Source: an uncultured Candidatus Poseidoniales archaeon (lineage in GTDB: Archaea > Thermoplasmatota > Poseidoniia > Poseidoniales > Thalassarchaeaceae). Taken from it: a stretch of DNA of 64,000 nucleotides. The stretch lies in assembly GCA_964645485.1 (NCBI GenBank), contig CAZXZO010000001.1, forward strand, positions 18,203-82,202. The letters are read 5' to 3'. Position numbers and translations under genes: made by a program. Shown in pieces: positions 16,914-25,501 of the stretch; the stretch's first letter is position 1, and each line of letters starts with the position of its first letter. The notes beneath the pieces were generated by a model. The model worked only from the letters and a program-made list of their open reading frames with translations, made no database searches and was not told where the DNA came from.

Positions 16914-17477
16914 TTGAATGGGCGGCACGGACCAAAAGTGATGGCAAGCGACAACTTGGTATGGATTGACTGTGAATTCACTGGGTTAGACCCAGATGAG
17001 AATCGTCTAATTGAGATTGCAACAATCATCACAGATTCCGAGTTAAACGTCATCGCGGAAGGGCCTTGCCTAGCGATTCACCAATCACCCGAAAGATTGG
17101 CAAGAATGGACGAGTGGAACACCACCCACCACACTCAAAGTGGGCTGGTCGAGAAGGTTTTGGAGAGTGAGATAAACGATGCCGAGGCCGAGAGACTTAC
17201 TCTAGAGTTCGTGCGCGAATACACCAATTCTGGGTCTTCACCACTGTGCGGAAATACGATTTCTCAGGACCGGCGCTTCTTGCGCCGCTATATGCCTGAG
17301 TTGCATGCACATTTTCATTATCGTAGCATTGATGTTTCGACTGTTAAGGAGTTGGCAAAAAGATGGAATCCAGAGATTCCGGCAATGCCGAAGGCGGGCG
17401 GCCACCGCGCTTTGGACGATATTCGTGAATCGGTGGCCGAACTGGCTTATTACCGAGAAAGAATATTCAAATCTTGA
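16914..17477 (+). CDS. orn: Oligoribonuclease (DEDDh); likely start ATG at 16941
   Basis: [63 protein letters not shown]. Confidence 0.97.
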   Translation: MNGRHGPKVMASDNLVWIDCEFTGLDPDENRLIEIATIITDSELNVIAEGPCLAIHQSPERLARMDEWNTTHHTQSGLVEKVLESEINDAEAERLTLEFVREYTNSGSSPLCGNTISQDRRFLRRYMPELHAHFHYRSIDVSTVKELAKRWNPEIPAMPKAGGHRALDDIRESVAELAYYRERIFKS

Positions 17478-17590
17478 AGTAGAAAATTTTCTTTTTAGTT
17501 CCTGAAGTTGGAATATTTCAAACGGTTGAGTTGGAAAAAATCTTCAAATCGTGAATTTTTCATCCAGCCAAGTTGGCTATCAGAAATTTA

Positions 17591-17731
17591 CCCTAAATTC
17601 AGAAATTATTCGTCAGAATCAGGGTTTATTCATCAAATTAAGAAATTTTATTTCGCAAATTAAGAAATTATTCGCCAGAATCAGGGTTTATTCATCAAAT
17701 TAAGAATTTTTATTCCCTAAATTCAGAAATT
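17591..17731. repeat. 62-bp tandem duplication anchored on the JAMM gene stop codon
   Basis: 17596-17657 versus 17658-17719 match at 56/62; CCCTAAATTCAGAAATT is identical at 17591 and 17715. Confidence 0.9.
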
Positions 17732-18502
17732 TTCCCAGCCATATGGGTAACCTTCTTCATCAACGAAAATCACATTGATGGCATTTCCTGACCGATGAAA
17801 AGAAATCAATTCTAATCCGTGAATACTGTGCCCTGTTGGAGCAACTCCCAAGACTGGTTTTTCTGGTGAATTTTTCCATCTACCCCAACCGCGTTTTTGG
17901 CGCACAGGAGCGACCTGTTCAGGTTGCAACTTTCTGCGCACCCCATCAGTATCATCATACCACCCGAAGGGTCCAGAAGGTGAGAATTCAATCCCCAAAA
18001 TCATGTCAACTCCAAGAGTGTACTGAGCCGCTTCAGCATCTTGCTTTGATGGTACAGCAACTGCGTTGGGATGGGTATGTAACCAATGTACAAATCGCCC
18101 ACCCCTTGGACCTCGGCTTTCTGAAAAAATGCCGTCGGTCCATTCTTCAGGAACATGGTGGACAGAGAACGAGTCACCTCGATTTACGATTGTAGCATCA
18201 CCCAAGATATAACCTTCTCCAGCAAATAACCCAATTTCATGGTCATCTCCCTCAAATAATTCCTCAACTTCTCGATGATGAGGTCGGGCATTATTAGCAT
18301 CCAATCCAATTAGGATTTCATCAGGTAGTGATTCTAATGACCAATGTAGAATCTGCTCAAGTGTAACGCCAGGCATCATAACTAGGCCGCGATATCCCTC
18401 TTTATTGGCAAGTGAATCTGCGTTGTACGCTGACATCGCCGAGACTAGCCAACCATCCACCATAGACACGCTCCGGCGGTGAATCCTTAACAGGATTGGC
18501 AC
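17723..18502 (-). CDS. JAB1/MPN/Mov34 (JAMM) metalloenzyme family protein
   Basis: HTHPNAVAVPSKQD equals HxHx7Sx2D; upstream PDEILIG glutamate. Confidence 0.75.
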   Translation of the reverse strand: MPILLRIHRRSVSMVDGWLVSAMSAYNADSLANKEGYRGLVMMPGVTLEQILHWSLESLPDEILIGLDANNARPHHREVEELFEGDDHEIGLFAGEGYILGDATIVNRGDSFSVHHVPEEWTDGIFSESRGPRGGRFVHWLHTHPNAVAVPSKQDAEAAQYTLGVDMILGIEFSPSGPFGWYDDTDGVRRKLQPEQVAPVRQKRGWGRWKNSPEKPVLGVAPTGHSIHGLELISFHRSGNAINVIFVDEEGYPYGWENF

Positions 18503-18526
18503 TGCATCAGCATCACAGGCGAGAGC

Positions 18527-19225
18527 ATGGCACGCAAGAAGAAGGGACTTGGCGGGTTCATTGGTGGACTGACAGGCACACCATATGACCGATTAAGCCG
18601 CCATATTGAGAAAACCGCTGCCAATACATCTGAGGACACTTTAGGGAGAGAGTTGAACAAGATCGTGAAGATTGTTAGACGTGAGTACGACCAAGAGAAC
18701 CTAGATGAGGAAGAGCATGACTTATTGGTTGAAGATATTGAGACAGTCCATCCTGATGGTAGAACATTTCCAAAATTATTGGCTGATTCTGACGAATTCT
18801 ATGATGAGGGAAATATGCCTGATGCGCCAGATTTAGAATTAGGTGGCCCAGTTAACCTAGATGAGTTAATGCGCTCTTCAAGTGATTCTTTCCAAGGGTC
18901 TTGGGGTTCAGACGAGTATGATGATTACAAACGTGAAATGGCAGAAGAATTCTACAAAGATAGCGATGAAGCAGTAGCGTCAGGTGACCACCGCCAAATG
19001 GAGTCACAAGACCCCGTAGCAGGTCGTGTGTTCCATAATGTGGAGGATACAGCATCAGAAGTCAAGAAAGATATTCTTCGAGAGCAAGGAGTTGATGTTG
19101 ATTCCGAAGAAGAAAAAGATGAAGATTACTATGTCGATGACGATAATGTCGAGTGGTGGCGTGATGATAACGGCGAATGGTGGTTTAGGGAGCCTGGTCA
19201 AGAAGATTGGTATCCCGGTAATTAA
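18527..19225 (+). CDS. Acidic hypothetical protein with Trp-rich C-terminus
   Basis: Very D/E-rich; ends VEWWRDDNGEWWFREPGQEDWYPGN. Confidence 0.75.
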   Translation: MARKKKGLGGFIGGLTGTPYDRLSRHIEKTAANTSEDTLGRELNKIVKIVRREYDQENLDEEEHDLLVEDIETVHPDGRTFPKLLADSDEFYDEGNMPDAPDLELGGPVNLDELMRSSSDSFQGSWGSDEYDDYKREMAEEFYKDSDEAVASGDHRQMESQDPVAGRVFHNVEDTASEVKKDILREQGVDVDSEEEKDEDYYVDDDNVEWWRDDNGEWWFREPGQEDWYPGN

Positions 19226-19233
19226 TTCTCAAT

Positions 19234-19593
19234 TCACTTTTTTTTAACCCAAATATTGAGGTTTGTAAGGTTGAACTTCAAAATCGCTTGGTCAGCCCCT
19301 GCCTTGAGCATTTCTCGGTTAGCGAAGTCTGCCGAACTAATTCCTATGATTTGATTGGGTCGTTTCAATTTCCCTTCGCTGACCGCCTCATTGAGCATAT
19401 TGAGAACTTCTAATCCTTTGAATGGTGGCATGAAATAGTCCAGAAGTAATACATCCGGTGCAAATTCCTTGATGATTGTCACAGCATCTTCAGAGGTCCA
19501 ATTTTGTTGAAATTTGAGTTCGCTAGAATCAACATCTCCAGCAATTAATAAATCCAAAATATCATAAGAATCTTCGAAAGCTAAAACACGCAT
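19234..19593 (-). CDS. Stand-alone response regulator receiver (CheY-like)
   Basis: RVLAFED acidic pocket, DVLLLDYFMPPFKGLEVL phospho-Asp segment, IIGISS, AGADQAILKF. Confidence 0.85.
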   Translation of the reverse strand: MRVLAFEDSYDILDLLIAGDVDSSELKFQQNWTSEDAVTIIKEFAPDVLLLDYFMPPFKGLEVLNMLNEAVSEGKLKRPNQIIGISSADFANREMLKAGADQAILKFNLTNLNIWVKKK

Positions 19594-19678
19594 TCTACCA
19601 GACCACTGATTTTTGTTTATTCATCTTGTATTTCATTCCTCTCTTTAACCAAGAATTAAGCCGGTTAATTCAAAGGTT

Positions 19679-20935
19679 ATGTCTAGTGTTGGAGAATCGT
19701 TCCTCATGGTAAATGTCAGCCCGACTCAGCATTTCATCCCGATTAGTCGGGCTGAAATTAAGTCGCTAATATTGGCTGAAAGCGGCGATAATTCAGAAAA
19801 AATAGCAAAAATTTCAGAATTATTGGAGGCACTTTGGCATCATAGAATGCACTCCACTCAAGAATCTCTAAAACGCATTTACTCAGAATTTGACCCTGAT
19901 TCAACAGATGAAGCACCTGAAAAATTTGACCCTACTGAATTCATGAGCCGATTCAGAGATGCTCTAACTGATGGCAATTGGTTAGAAATTACAGATGAAG
20001 AGATGCAAGTAGCATTAGATGGTGAAGATGTGTTCCCAATTAGCCTAGATGTCAGGTTTGAAGAATTCAATTTTTTAGAAACTTACAAATTAGGAGAGAA
20101 GACAATCAAAATTTCAAGGGGCCCCTCACTTTTCGAGAAATTGGTATTGAGAAAAAAACCAATTGAGGTTGATTTGGAGGTGTATGAACGGGTTATCCAG
20201 GTAATGCAGTTTCATGAGAAAGGGTGGTTCACGGAGAACAAAACGTTACGAAATTATCCAGGTGTTGAGGCGAAAGGGTTGCACTTGAAATTATTCAAGA
20301 CTATTCCGAAACTCGACTTGGAAGTAATTTTTCCCAACACTTCACCAAAAATGAGAAGAATAGACCAAATGAAAATATTAGCGCCTTTGGTTGGTGGGTT
20401 AGCCACTTTGGGGATGAAGTTCGGTCCTCTGCTGTTTGGTTATGGTTCAGGGGAAACATCTCTGGCCCTCATTGGCGGAATCTTGTCAGCTTTAGCAACC
20501 TATATTCTCAAGTCTTGGACTAAATATATGAAAACTAAAGAGGCATATCTCTCACAAGTTTCTAAAGACCTTTATTTCAAAGGTCAAGCAAATAATCAAG
20601 CAGTCATCAATATGGTAATCGATTTTTCAGAAGAACAAGAGGTCAAGGAGGCTCTGCTTGCTTACTCATTCCTGCTGTTGGATAGTGGTAAAAAACATAC
20701 AATTAATTCACTTGATAGTCGAATAGAACTTTGGTTGGCAAAACACGGTGTGAATGTGGATTTTGAGGTCGATGATGCACTCAACAAGTTATTTGAATTA
20801 GGGTTGGCGAATTTGGAAATTGGAGAAAGTGGTAGCGGAAATTCAATAACTTCCGAGCAGAAAATTACTGTACTTGAGCCAGATGAAGCATTAGCACGTT
20901 TGGATGAAATATGGGATGGTATTTACAATTACTAA
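19679..20935 (+). CDS. DUF3754/TMEM143-like membrane protein
   Basis: KLFKTIPKLDLEVIFPN, a TM hairpin, EEQEVKEALLAY and VDFEVDDALNKL motifs. Confidence 0.8.
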   Translation: MSSVGESFLMVNVSPTQHFIPISRAEIKSLILAESGDNSEKIAKISELLEALWHHRMHSTQESLKRIYSEFDPDSTDEAPEKFDPTEFMSRFRDALTDGNWLEITDEEMQVALDGEDVFPISLDVRFEEFNFLETYKLGEKTIKISRGPSLFEKLVLRKKPIEVDLEVYERVIQVMQFHEKGWFTENKTLRNYPGVEAKGLHLKLFKTIPKLDLEVIFPNTSPKMRRIDQMKILAPLVGGLATLGMKFGPLLFGYGSGETSLALIGGILSALATYILKSWTKYMKTKEAYLSQVSKDLYFKGQANNQAVINMVIDFSEEQEVKEALLAYSFLLLDSGKKHTINSLDSRIELWLAKHGVNVDFEVDDALNKLFELGLANLEIGESGSGNSITSEQKITVLEPDEALARLDEIWDGIYNY

Positions 20936-20964
20936 TCGCAAAAGGCAGATGCCTCTTACTCATA

Positions 20965-21056
20965 TCAAACGGTGCCACCAGCAAATTTCAAACGGTGCTG
21001 CAAGCAAATTTCAAGCAGTGTCCCAAGCAAATTTCAAATGGTACCGCCAGCAGATT
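20965..21056 (-). repeat. Four 23-bp units echoing the 3' end and TGA of the thioredoxin-like gene
   Basis: Units at 20965, 20988, 21011 and 21034 all begin TCAA (TGA on minus) and end AGCAAATT or AGCAGATT. Confidence 0.95.
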
Positions 21057-21618
21057 CCCAATACGAGGTTATTTCTCCACTGTCAGATAGTCCACCTTTG
21101 TGAATTTCCACGATTCCTCCGTCCGAGTTGACGAAGACAACCGATGGTCTAGAACTAATTTCTACCTCCTCGGCTAGTTCTATTCCCTTAGCAAACGGGA
21201 AATCTAAAGTTTGGCCTAAATCATCACCATCGTCATCATATGAATTTGATCTATCATGCCATTCTGCTAGGCTAATCCCTTGAGGGTTATCAGCAGGGTC
21301 TGTACTTAACACAATAATTGGAGGCCCGTTCAAAGTTGAATTAATTGCATGCATTGTTGAATGACAGGGGGATTCACACCATTCAGCTGAAAAAATTACG
21401 ATGTATGGTGCATCAGCATAATCGCTATTTGAATAGGTTAATCCATCATCCGCAATGGTTGAAAATTCAGGAAACGGTTCTAGTGTTGGCTCATCCCTAG
21501 CTTCATCAAATATTCCACCAAACCATGCAAGAGCAAGTAGGCAAGTGGCAACTGCGCCAACAACCAATTTCTTCTGCATATTTTTGGGATAAAATCTAAT
21601 GTATATAAATGTCAACAA
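21034..21618 (-). CDS. Membrane-anchored thioredoxin-fold (TlpA/SCO-like) protein; likely start 21579
   Basis: N-terminal TM, IVIFSAEWCESPC, cis-Pro SRPSVVFVNSDG. Confidence 0.75.
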   Translation of the reverse strand: MLTFIYIRFYPKNMQKKLVVGAVATCLLALAWFGGIFDEARDEPTLEPFPEFSTIADDGLTYSNSDYADAPYIVIFSAEWCESPCHSTMHAINSTLNGPPIIVLSTDPADNPQGISLAEWHDRSNSYDDDGDDLGQTLDFPFAKGIELAEEVEISSRPSVVFVNSDGGIVEIHKGGLSDSGEITSYWESAGGTI

Positions 21619-22555
21619 TAAACGTCAGCCCTTATTGATTCATAAGAAAAGGCGGATTCGAAAATCCATGAACAGAGTTGCAGCGTGGTTCTGCATTTTT
21701 CTTTCCTTCCTCCTTTTAACATCACCAATTGTTGATGCTCAGGATGATTCAGATGGCGATGGTTACAACGATGAAGATGATGCTTATCCAAATAATTCCG
21801 AAGCATGGTCTGATTCAGACGGTGATGGTTATGCAGACCAACCTGGACTCAATATATCCGATGATTGCCCTAATACAGTGGGTTTTTCTTACCGTTATAT
21901 GAATGGTTGTTACGATACGGATGGAGATGGAATTCCTGATACACTTGACGATGATATAGATGGAGATGGCATTACCAATGATTTAGAATTAGCTTCATCT
22001 ACTGCCCTAAAGAAGTACGATATTTTTGACGCCAATGATGTTCCACCAGATTTCGATTGGGATACGATTCCCGATGTACTTGATGATGATGATGATAATG
22101 ATGGTTGGTCAGACCAAATTGAATTAGAACGAGGTAGTGATACATTCAATGAAAGTGCGACTCCATTTACAATGTATGGGGGTAATACTGGATGGTTCTA
22201 TGTATCTGGTGCAGGTTTTGTCACTGATTATCGTAGTGATGGTACTGAGTTTTCATTATCTTGGTTACTTTCTGCCCTTAGTTCTGAATTAATTATTCCA
22301 ATAGGCTTGATTCCAATATATTTTGGAATATGGTATTACCGACATCGTACATTTGAGAGATACGATAGGGAGTTAGATGAAATAACGAATATTGCCGATT
22401 TGCGTAAATTTGAGATAACAGTAAATGAAGCAATGAGGAGGAGAAGATTGCAGGCTCACCATGGTGTAATATTGAGAAATACAATTGAAACCAAAGAGGA
22501 TGATCTTGATACACTGTGGTTCAAGAAATATGGGTCCTCTGACTCTGAGGAGTGA
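21599..22555 (+). CDS. Membrane protein with TSP3-like Ca-binding repeats; likely start about 21668
   Basis: Signal peptide, DSDGDG/DDDDDNDG repeats, C-terminal TM. Confidence 0.8.
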   Translation: MYINVNNKRQPLLIHKKRRIRKSMNRVAAWFCIFLSFLLLTSPIVDAQDDSDGDGYNDEDDAYPNNSEAWSDSDGDGYADQPGLNISDDCPNTVGFSYRYMNGCYDTDGDGIPDTLDDDIDGDGITNDLELASSTALKKYDIFDANDVPPDFDWDTIPDVLDDDDDNDGWSDQIELERGSDTFNESATPFTMYGGNTGWFYVSGAGFVTDYRSDGTEFSLSWLLSALSSELIIPIGLIPIYFGIWYYRHRTFERYDRELDEITNIADLRKFEITVNEAMRRRRLQAHHGVILRNTIETKEDDLDTLWFKKYGSSDSEE

Positions 22556-22562
22556 ACTACAA

Positions 22563-24461
22563 TTATTCTCCACTTTCTAGTTGTGGAACTACAAACCAAT
22601 GAGAATCTCCTTCAGGTCTGTCAATAATTGGTAGGCCGAGTACACTACTATCATCAAGTGATACACCGATTCCAGATACTGCACATGGAGAAGGCAGGTA
22701 ATCTTCGCCTGATTCAGTCAATGTCACTCGAATCGCGTGCCCTGCTGGTAAATATACATCCATTGGATTAAATTCCATCAACATCAGATAATTCTGACCG
22801 GGAAGAACCGCATTCGCCTCATAACCGCCATCACGGTATCGCAAATCCATAGTCGCGTGTCCTAGCCTCAATCCGGTTTCGTCATCATACATCGTCGCGA
22901 AGACCTGTCCACCATTACAGGGGATGAGAGGGCTTTGAACTGAAAGATGAAGGGTTGGTAATCCAGAGATTACTACATCTTCTTCAAAACTCGGAACAAT
23001 AAATGAAGCCTCGATGTTGGATGACACCCAATTGCCTGTGGTTTCAGCAGTATCTAGAGAGATTAACTCCCACTGGGAATCCTCAGGAGGCCATTTTTCT
23101 TCGACATGCCAATGGCCATCGTTGGTTTGAACTTGAGCAATTGCTCCGGGTTCCTCACCAATACCTTTCAGATAATAACTGAACCAATTGTACAACTCTA
23201 TTGCCCAGTCCATACGACTCATATTTGGGAATCCTTCGGCTCCATACCCACTACCCAGATCATCGTGCCTATCTGGTTGGTCAGGATAGTTATGGGCCCA
23301 TTGACCGACAATTGCGCGAGTATGTATTCCAGCATCATTGAGCCTATTGAATGTGGGGAATGCGTGGTATGGGTCTACATTCCAATCTTGGAATCCCCAA
23401 ACAAGGTAAACACTGCCTTGATAGTTGTCTAGAACATCTTGTAGATGGTAACGCTCATCCCAATAATCGTTCCATTCATCTCCACCTAACCCAGCACCTG
23501 CCCAAGTAGTGAAAGGTGAAATTGGGCCTATGATATCGTCGCTACACATTCGCATATCGTCTTCGGTTGCATCAGTAGTTGCACCTTCGTATAGCACGTC
23601 GTAAAGCATGGCGCGGGCCTCGCTACTACCGTTGCGGTAGAACATCTGTTGGACACCAATCGAGCCTGAAATTGGAACAATTGTCTTGAGATGTTCTGAT
23701 GGATTTTGTGCTGCTTCCCAGTTGGTGGTACCAGCGTATGATTTACCCATTAATCCAACATTTCCATTACTCCATTCTTGCTCGCCTAACCATTGGACAG
23801 CGGCTTGAATTCCAATTTGTTCACCAAGTCCTTTTACATCTTGGCAGTGGGTTGATTTACCTGTGCCAAAAGTGGATATTTGCGCTAGAGCGAATCCATA
23901 TGGAACAAATTGATCTAACACCCAAGCCCCAACACCGCCATCTGGCACTGTATTTGGATTTGAATCGTCTCCGGCTCCGGGTAAACCTTCGCCACCAAAA
24001 TCATAGTATGGATGCACGGTGGCAATAACCGGTACTTTTGTCCCATTTTCGACAACAGGCATCCACAAGGCTACATGCATCAATGCAGGTCCGGGGTAGC
24101 CTCCATCTTGTTCAGACGCGGGTAACTCAACTTCGACAAAGAACTCACTTGGACCAGTCCAGTTGTAAGGCCCTGCTTCGGGAAGTACTGAGCGTTCACC
24201 TGTCACGTTCAAACCCATAGTGTGTCTTTGCTCGAGTGGAACCTCCCACCACTCCCATTGCCCATCTGCACCATATCCTCCACCAATTTTTGAGACAGTG
24301 CCCCAAACTGATGCAAGAACCATGAATATCACAATGACAATTGCAGTAGCACCAACAGCGAGATTCAACTGCTTTTTTTCTCGGCTCGCTTCATCATGCT
24401 CAAATTGTGGTACATTGGTTGGCGGTGAGCCGACTATAATGGCATCCAATGGCTCACCCAT
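22563..24461 (-). CDS. CocE/NonD family hydrolase (peptidase S15, X-Pro dipeptidyl-peptidase-like)
   Basis: GLMGKSYAG nucleophile elbow, GFQDWNVDP, GQWAHNYP; N-terminal TM. Confidence 0.9.
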   Translation of the reverse strand: MGEPLDAIIVGSPPTNVPQFEHDEASREKKQLNLAVGATAIVIVIFMVLASVWGTVSKIGGGYGADGQWEWWEVPLEQRHTMGLNVTGERSVLPEAGPYNWTGPSEFFVEVELPASEQDGGYPGPALMHVALWMPVVENGTKVPVIATVHPYYDFGGEGLPGAGDDSNPNTVPDGGVGAWVLDQFVPYGFALAQISTFGTGKSTHCQDVKGLGEQIGIQAAVQWLGEQEWSNGNVGLMGKSYAGTTNWEAAQNPSEHLKTIVPISGSIGVQQMFYRNGSSEARAMLYDVLYEGATTDATEDDMRMCSDDIIGPISPFTTWAGAGLGGDEWNDYWDERYHLQDVLDNYQGSVYLVWGFQDWNVDPYHAFPTFNRLNDAGIHTRAIVGQWAHNYPDQPDRHDDLGSGYGAEGFPNMSRMDWAIELYNWFSYYLKGIGEEPGAIAQVQTNDGHWHVEEKWPPEDSQWELISLDTAETTGNWVSSNIEASFIVPSFEEDVVISGLPTLHLSVQSPLIPCNGGQVFATMYDDETGLRLGHATMDLRYRDGGYEANAVLPGQNYLMLMEFNPMDVYLPAGHAIRVTLTESGEDYLPSPCAVSGIGVSLDDSSVLGLPIIDRPEGDSHWFVVPQLESGE

Positions 24462-24527
24462 ATATTGCCGGAGTCATGGCTACGCCATGAGCCTAACGCT
24501 TGCCTAAATTTGTGATTGTAGAAGCCA

Positions 24528-25430
24528 TCAACTGATTTTGACATCAACAACACAATGGCGAATGTGTGGTGCATACCACTTCACCTTGACTAGATTATTC
24601 ACAGTGGCTTTGCGACCACTCATGCTTGCTAATTTTGATGCAATTTTTTCAGCCCATTCAATCTCATTTCCGCTAGGTGCATTTCCATGTAGGTGAAGGA
24701 TTCCACCTTCTCCTTTTAGAGCAGAAAGTGCGAGACTCCAACCATCTTCTGATGATGGTAGCAGGCCAAGAATTACTCGGTCACAAGTGCCGATTACAGA
24801 TTCCGCACTGCCTCCAACATTTAGTGAAATTTGATTATCACCAGCATGAACAGTGCAGAATTCATTTACTCCATTTGCGACTAAATTATGTTTCAATGCG
24901 AAGACAGCATCTTCTGACCATTCGCAAGCGTGTATATGTGCGGCCCCAGACCGCACTAGCAAAGGTAGAGTGTAGTATCCAATTCCAGCATACAAATCGA
25001 GGATAGTTTCACCCTTGCAATCAAATTCACCCATCCTACCTCTTTCAGGCAAATTTCCAGCGGAAAACATTGATTTTGTGACATCAAATGAGTATTCTAT
25101 TCCATGTTCTTTGTGGCTAACCCATCCCTCATCACCCAAGAGTAGTTCCACATCTGGTCGGCGCTTGGAACCAGAAACTTCACCCTTTTTTCCTAGTCTT
25201 TTTCCACCTAGGGAATTAACAACAATTCTCCAAAGTCCCTCACAGGCAAAGTTCTCCCAACCCCTAAACGAATCAGTTGGAAGTAGAAGTAGGTCACCGT
25301 GTTTTTCCCATTTTGATGGTACAGAATTTAGTAATTCTTTATCTCCATTATTTTCATAGAGGAATTCATCCAAATTTTTCAATAATTTGGAATGTGGTGT
25401 TGGTTTTTTGTTTTGGCTTGACACCCTCAA
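24528..25430 (-). CDS. taw2: TYW2/Taw2-like (Trm5/Met-10 family) tRNA-modifying SAM transferase
   Basis: WEKHGDLLLL, HKEHGIEYSFDVTKSMFSAGNLPER, DLYAGIGYYTLP, DRVILGLLPSS, VKWYAPHIRHCVVD. Confidence 0.8.
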   Translation of the reverse strand: MRVSSQNKKPTPHSKLLKNLDEFLYENNGDKELLNSVPSKWEKHGDLLLLPTDSFRGWENFACEGLWRIVVNSLGGKRLGKKGEVSGSKRRPDVELLLGDEGWVSHKEHGIEYSFDVTKSMFSAGNLPERGRMGEFDCKGETILDLYAGIGYYTLPLLVRSGAAHIHACEWSEDAVFALKHNLVANGVNEFCTVHAGDNQISLNVGGSAESVIGTCDRVILGLLPSSEDGWSLALSALKGEGGILHLHGNAPSGNEIEWAEKIASKLASMSGRKATVNNLVKVKWYAPHIRHCVVDVKIS

Positions 25431-25501
25431 ATACCCTCCTTCACTTAACCCGTGATGGGGGAACCAAATTAAATGAATAGAGACTGACTAAGTAATTGTA
25501 G

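Noticed and set aside
20965-21056. Possible mini-CRISPR (23-bp units)
   Set aside because: Variable core is only about 10 nt, and one unit is the gene's coding end
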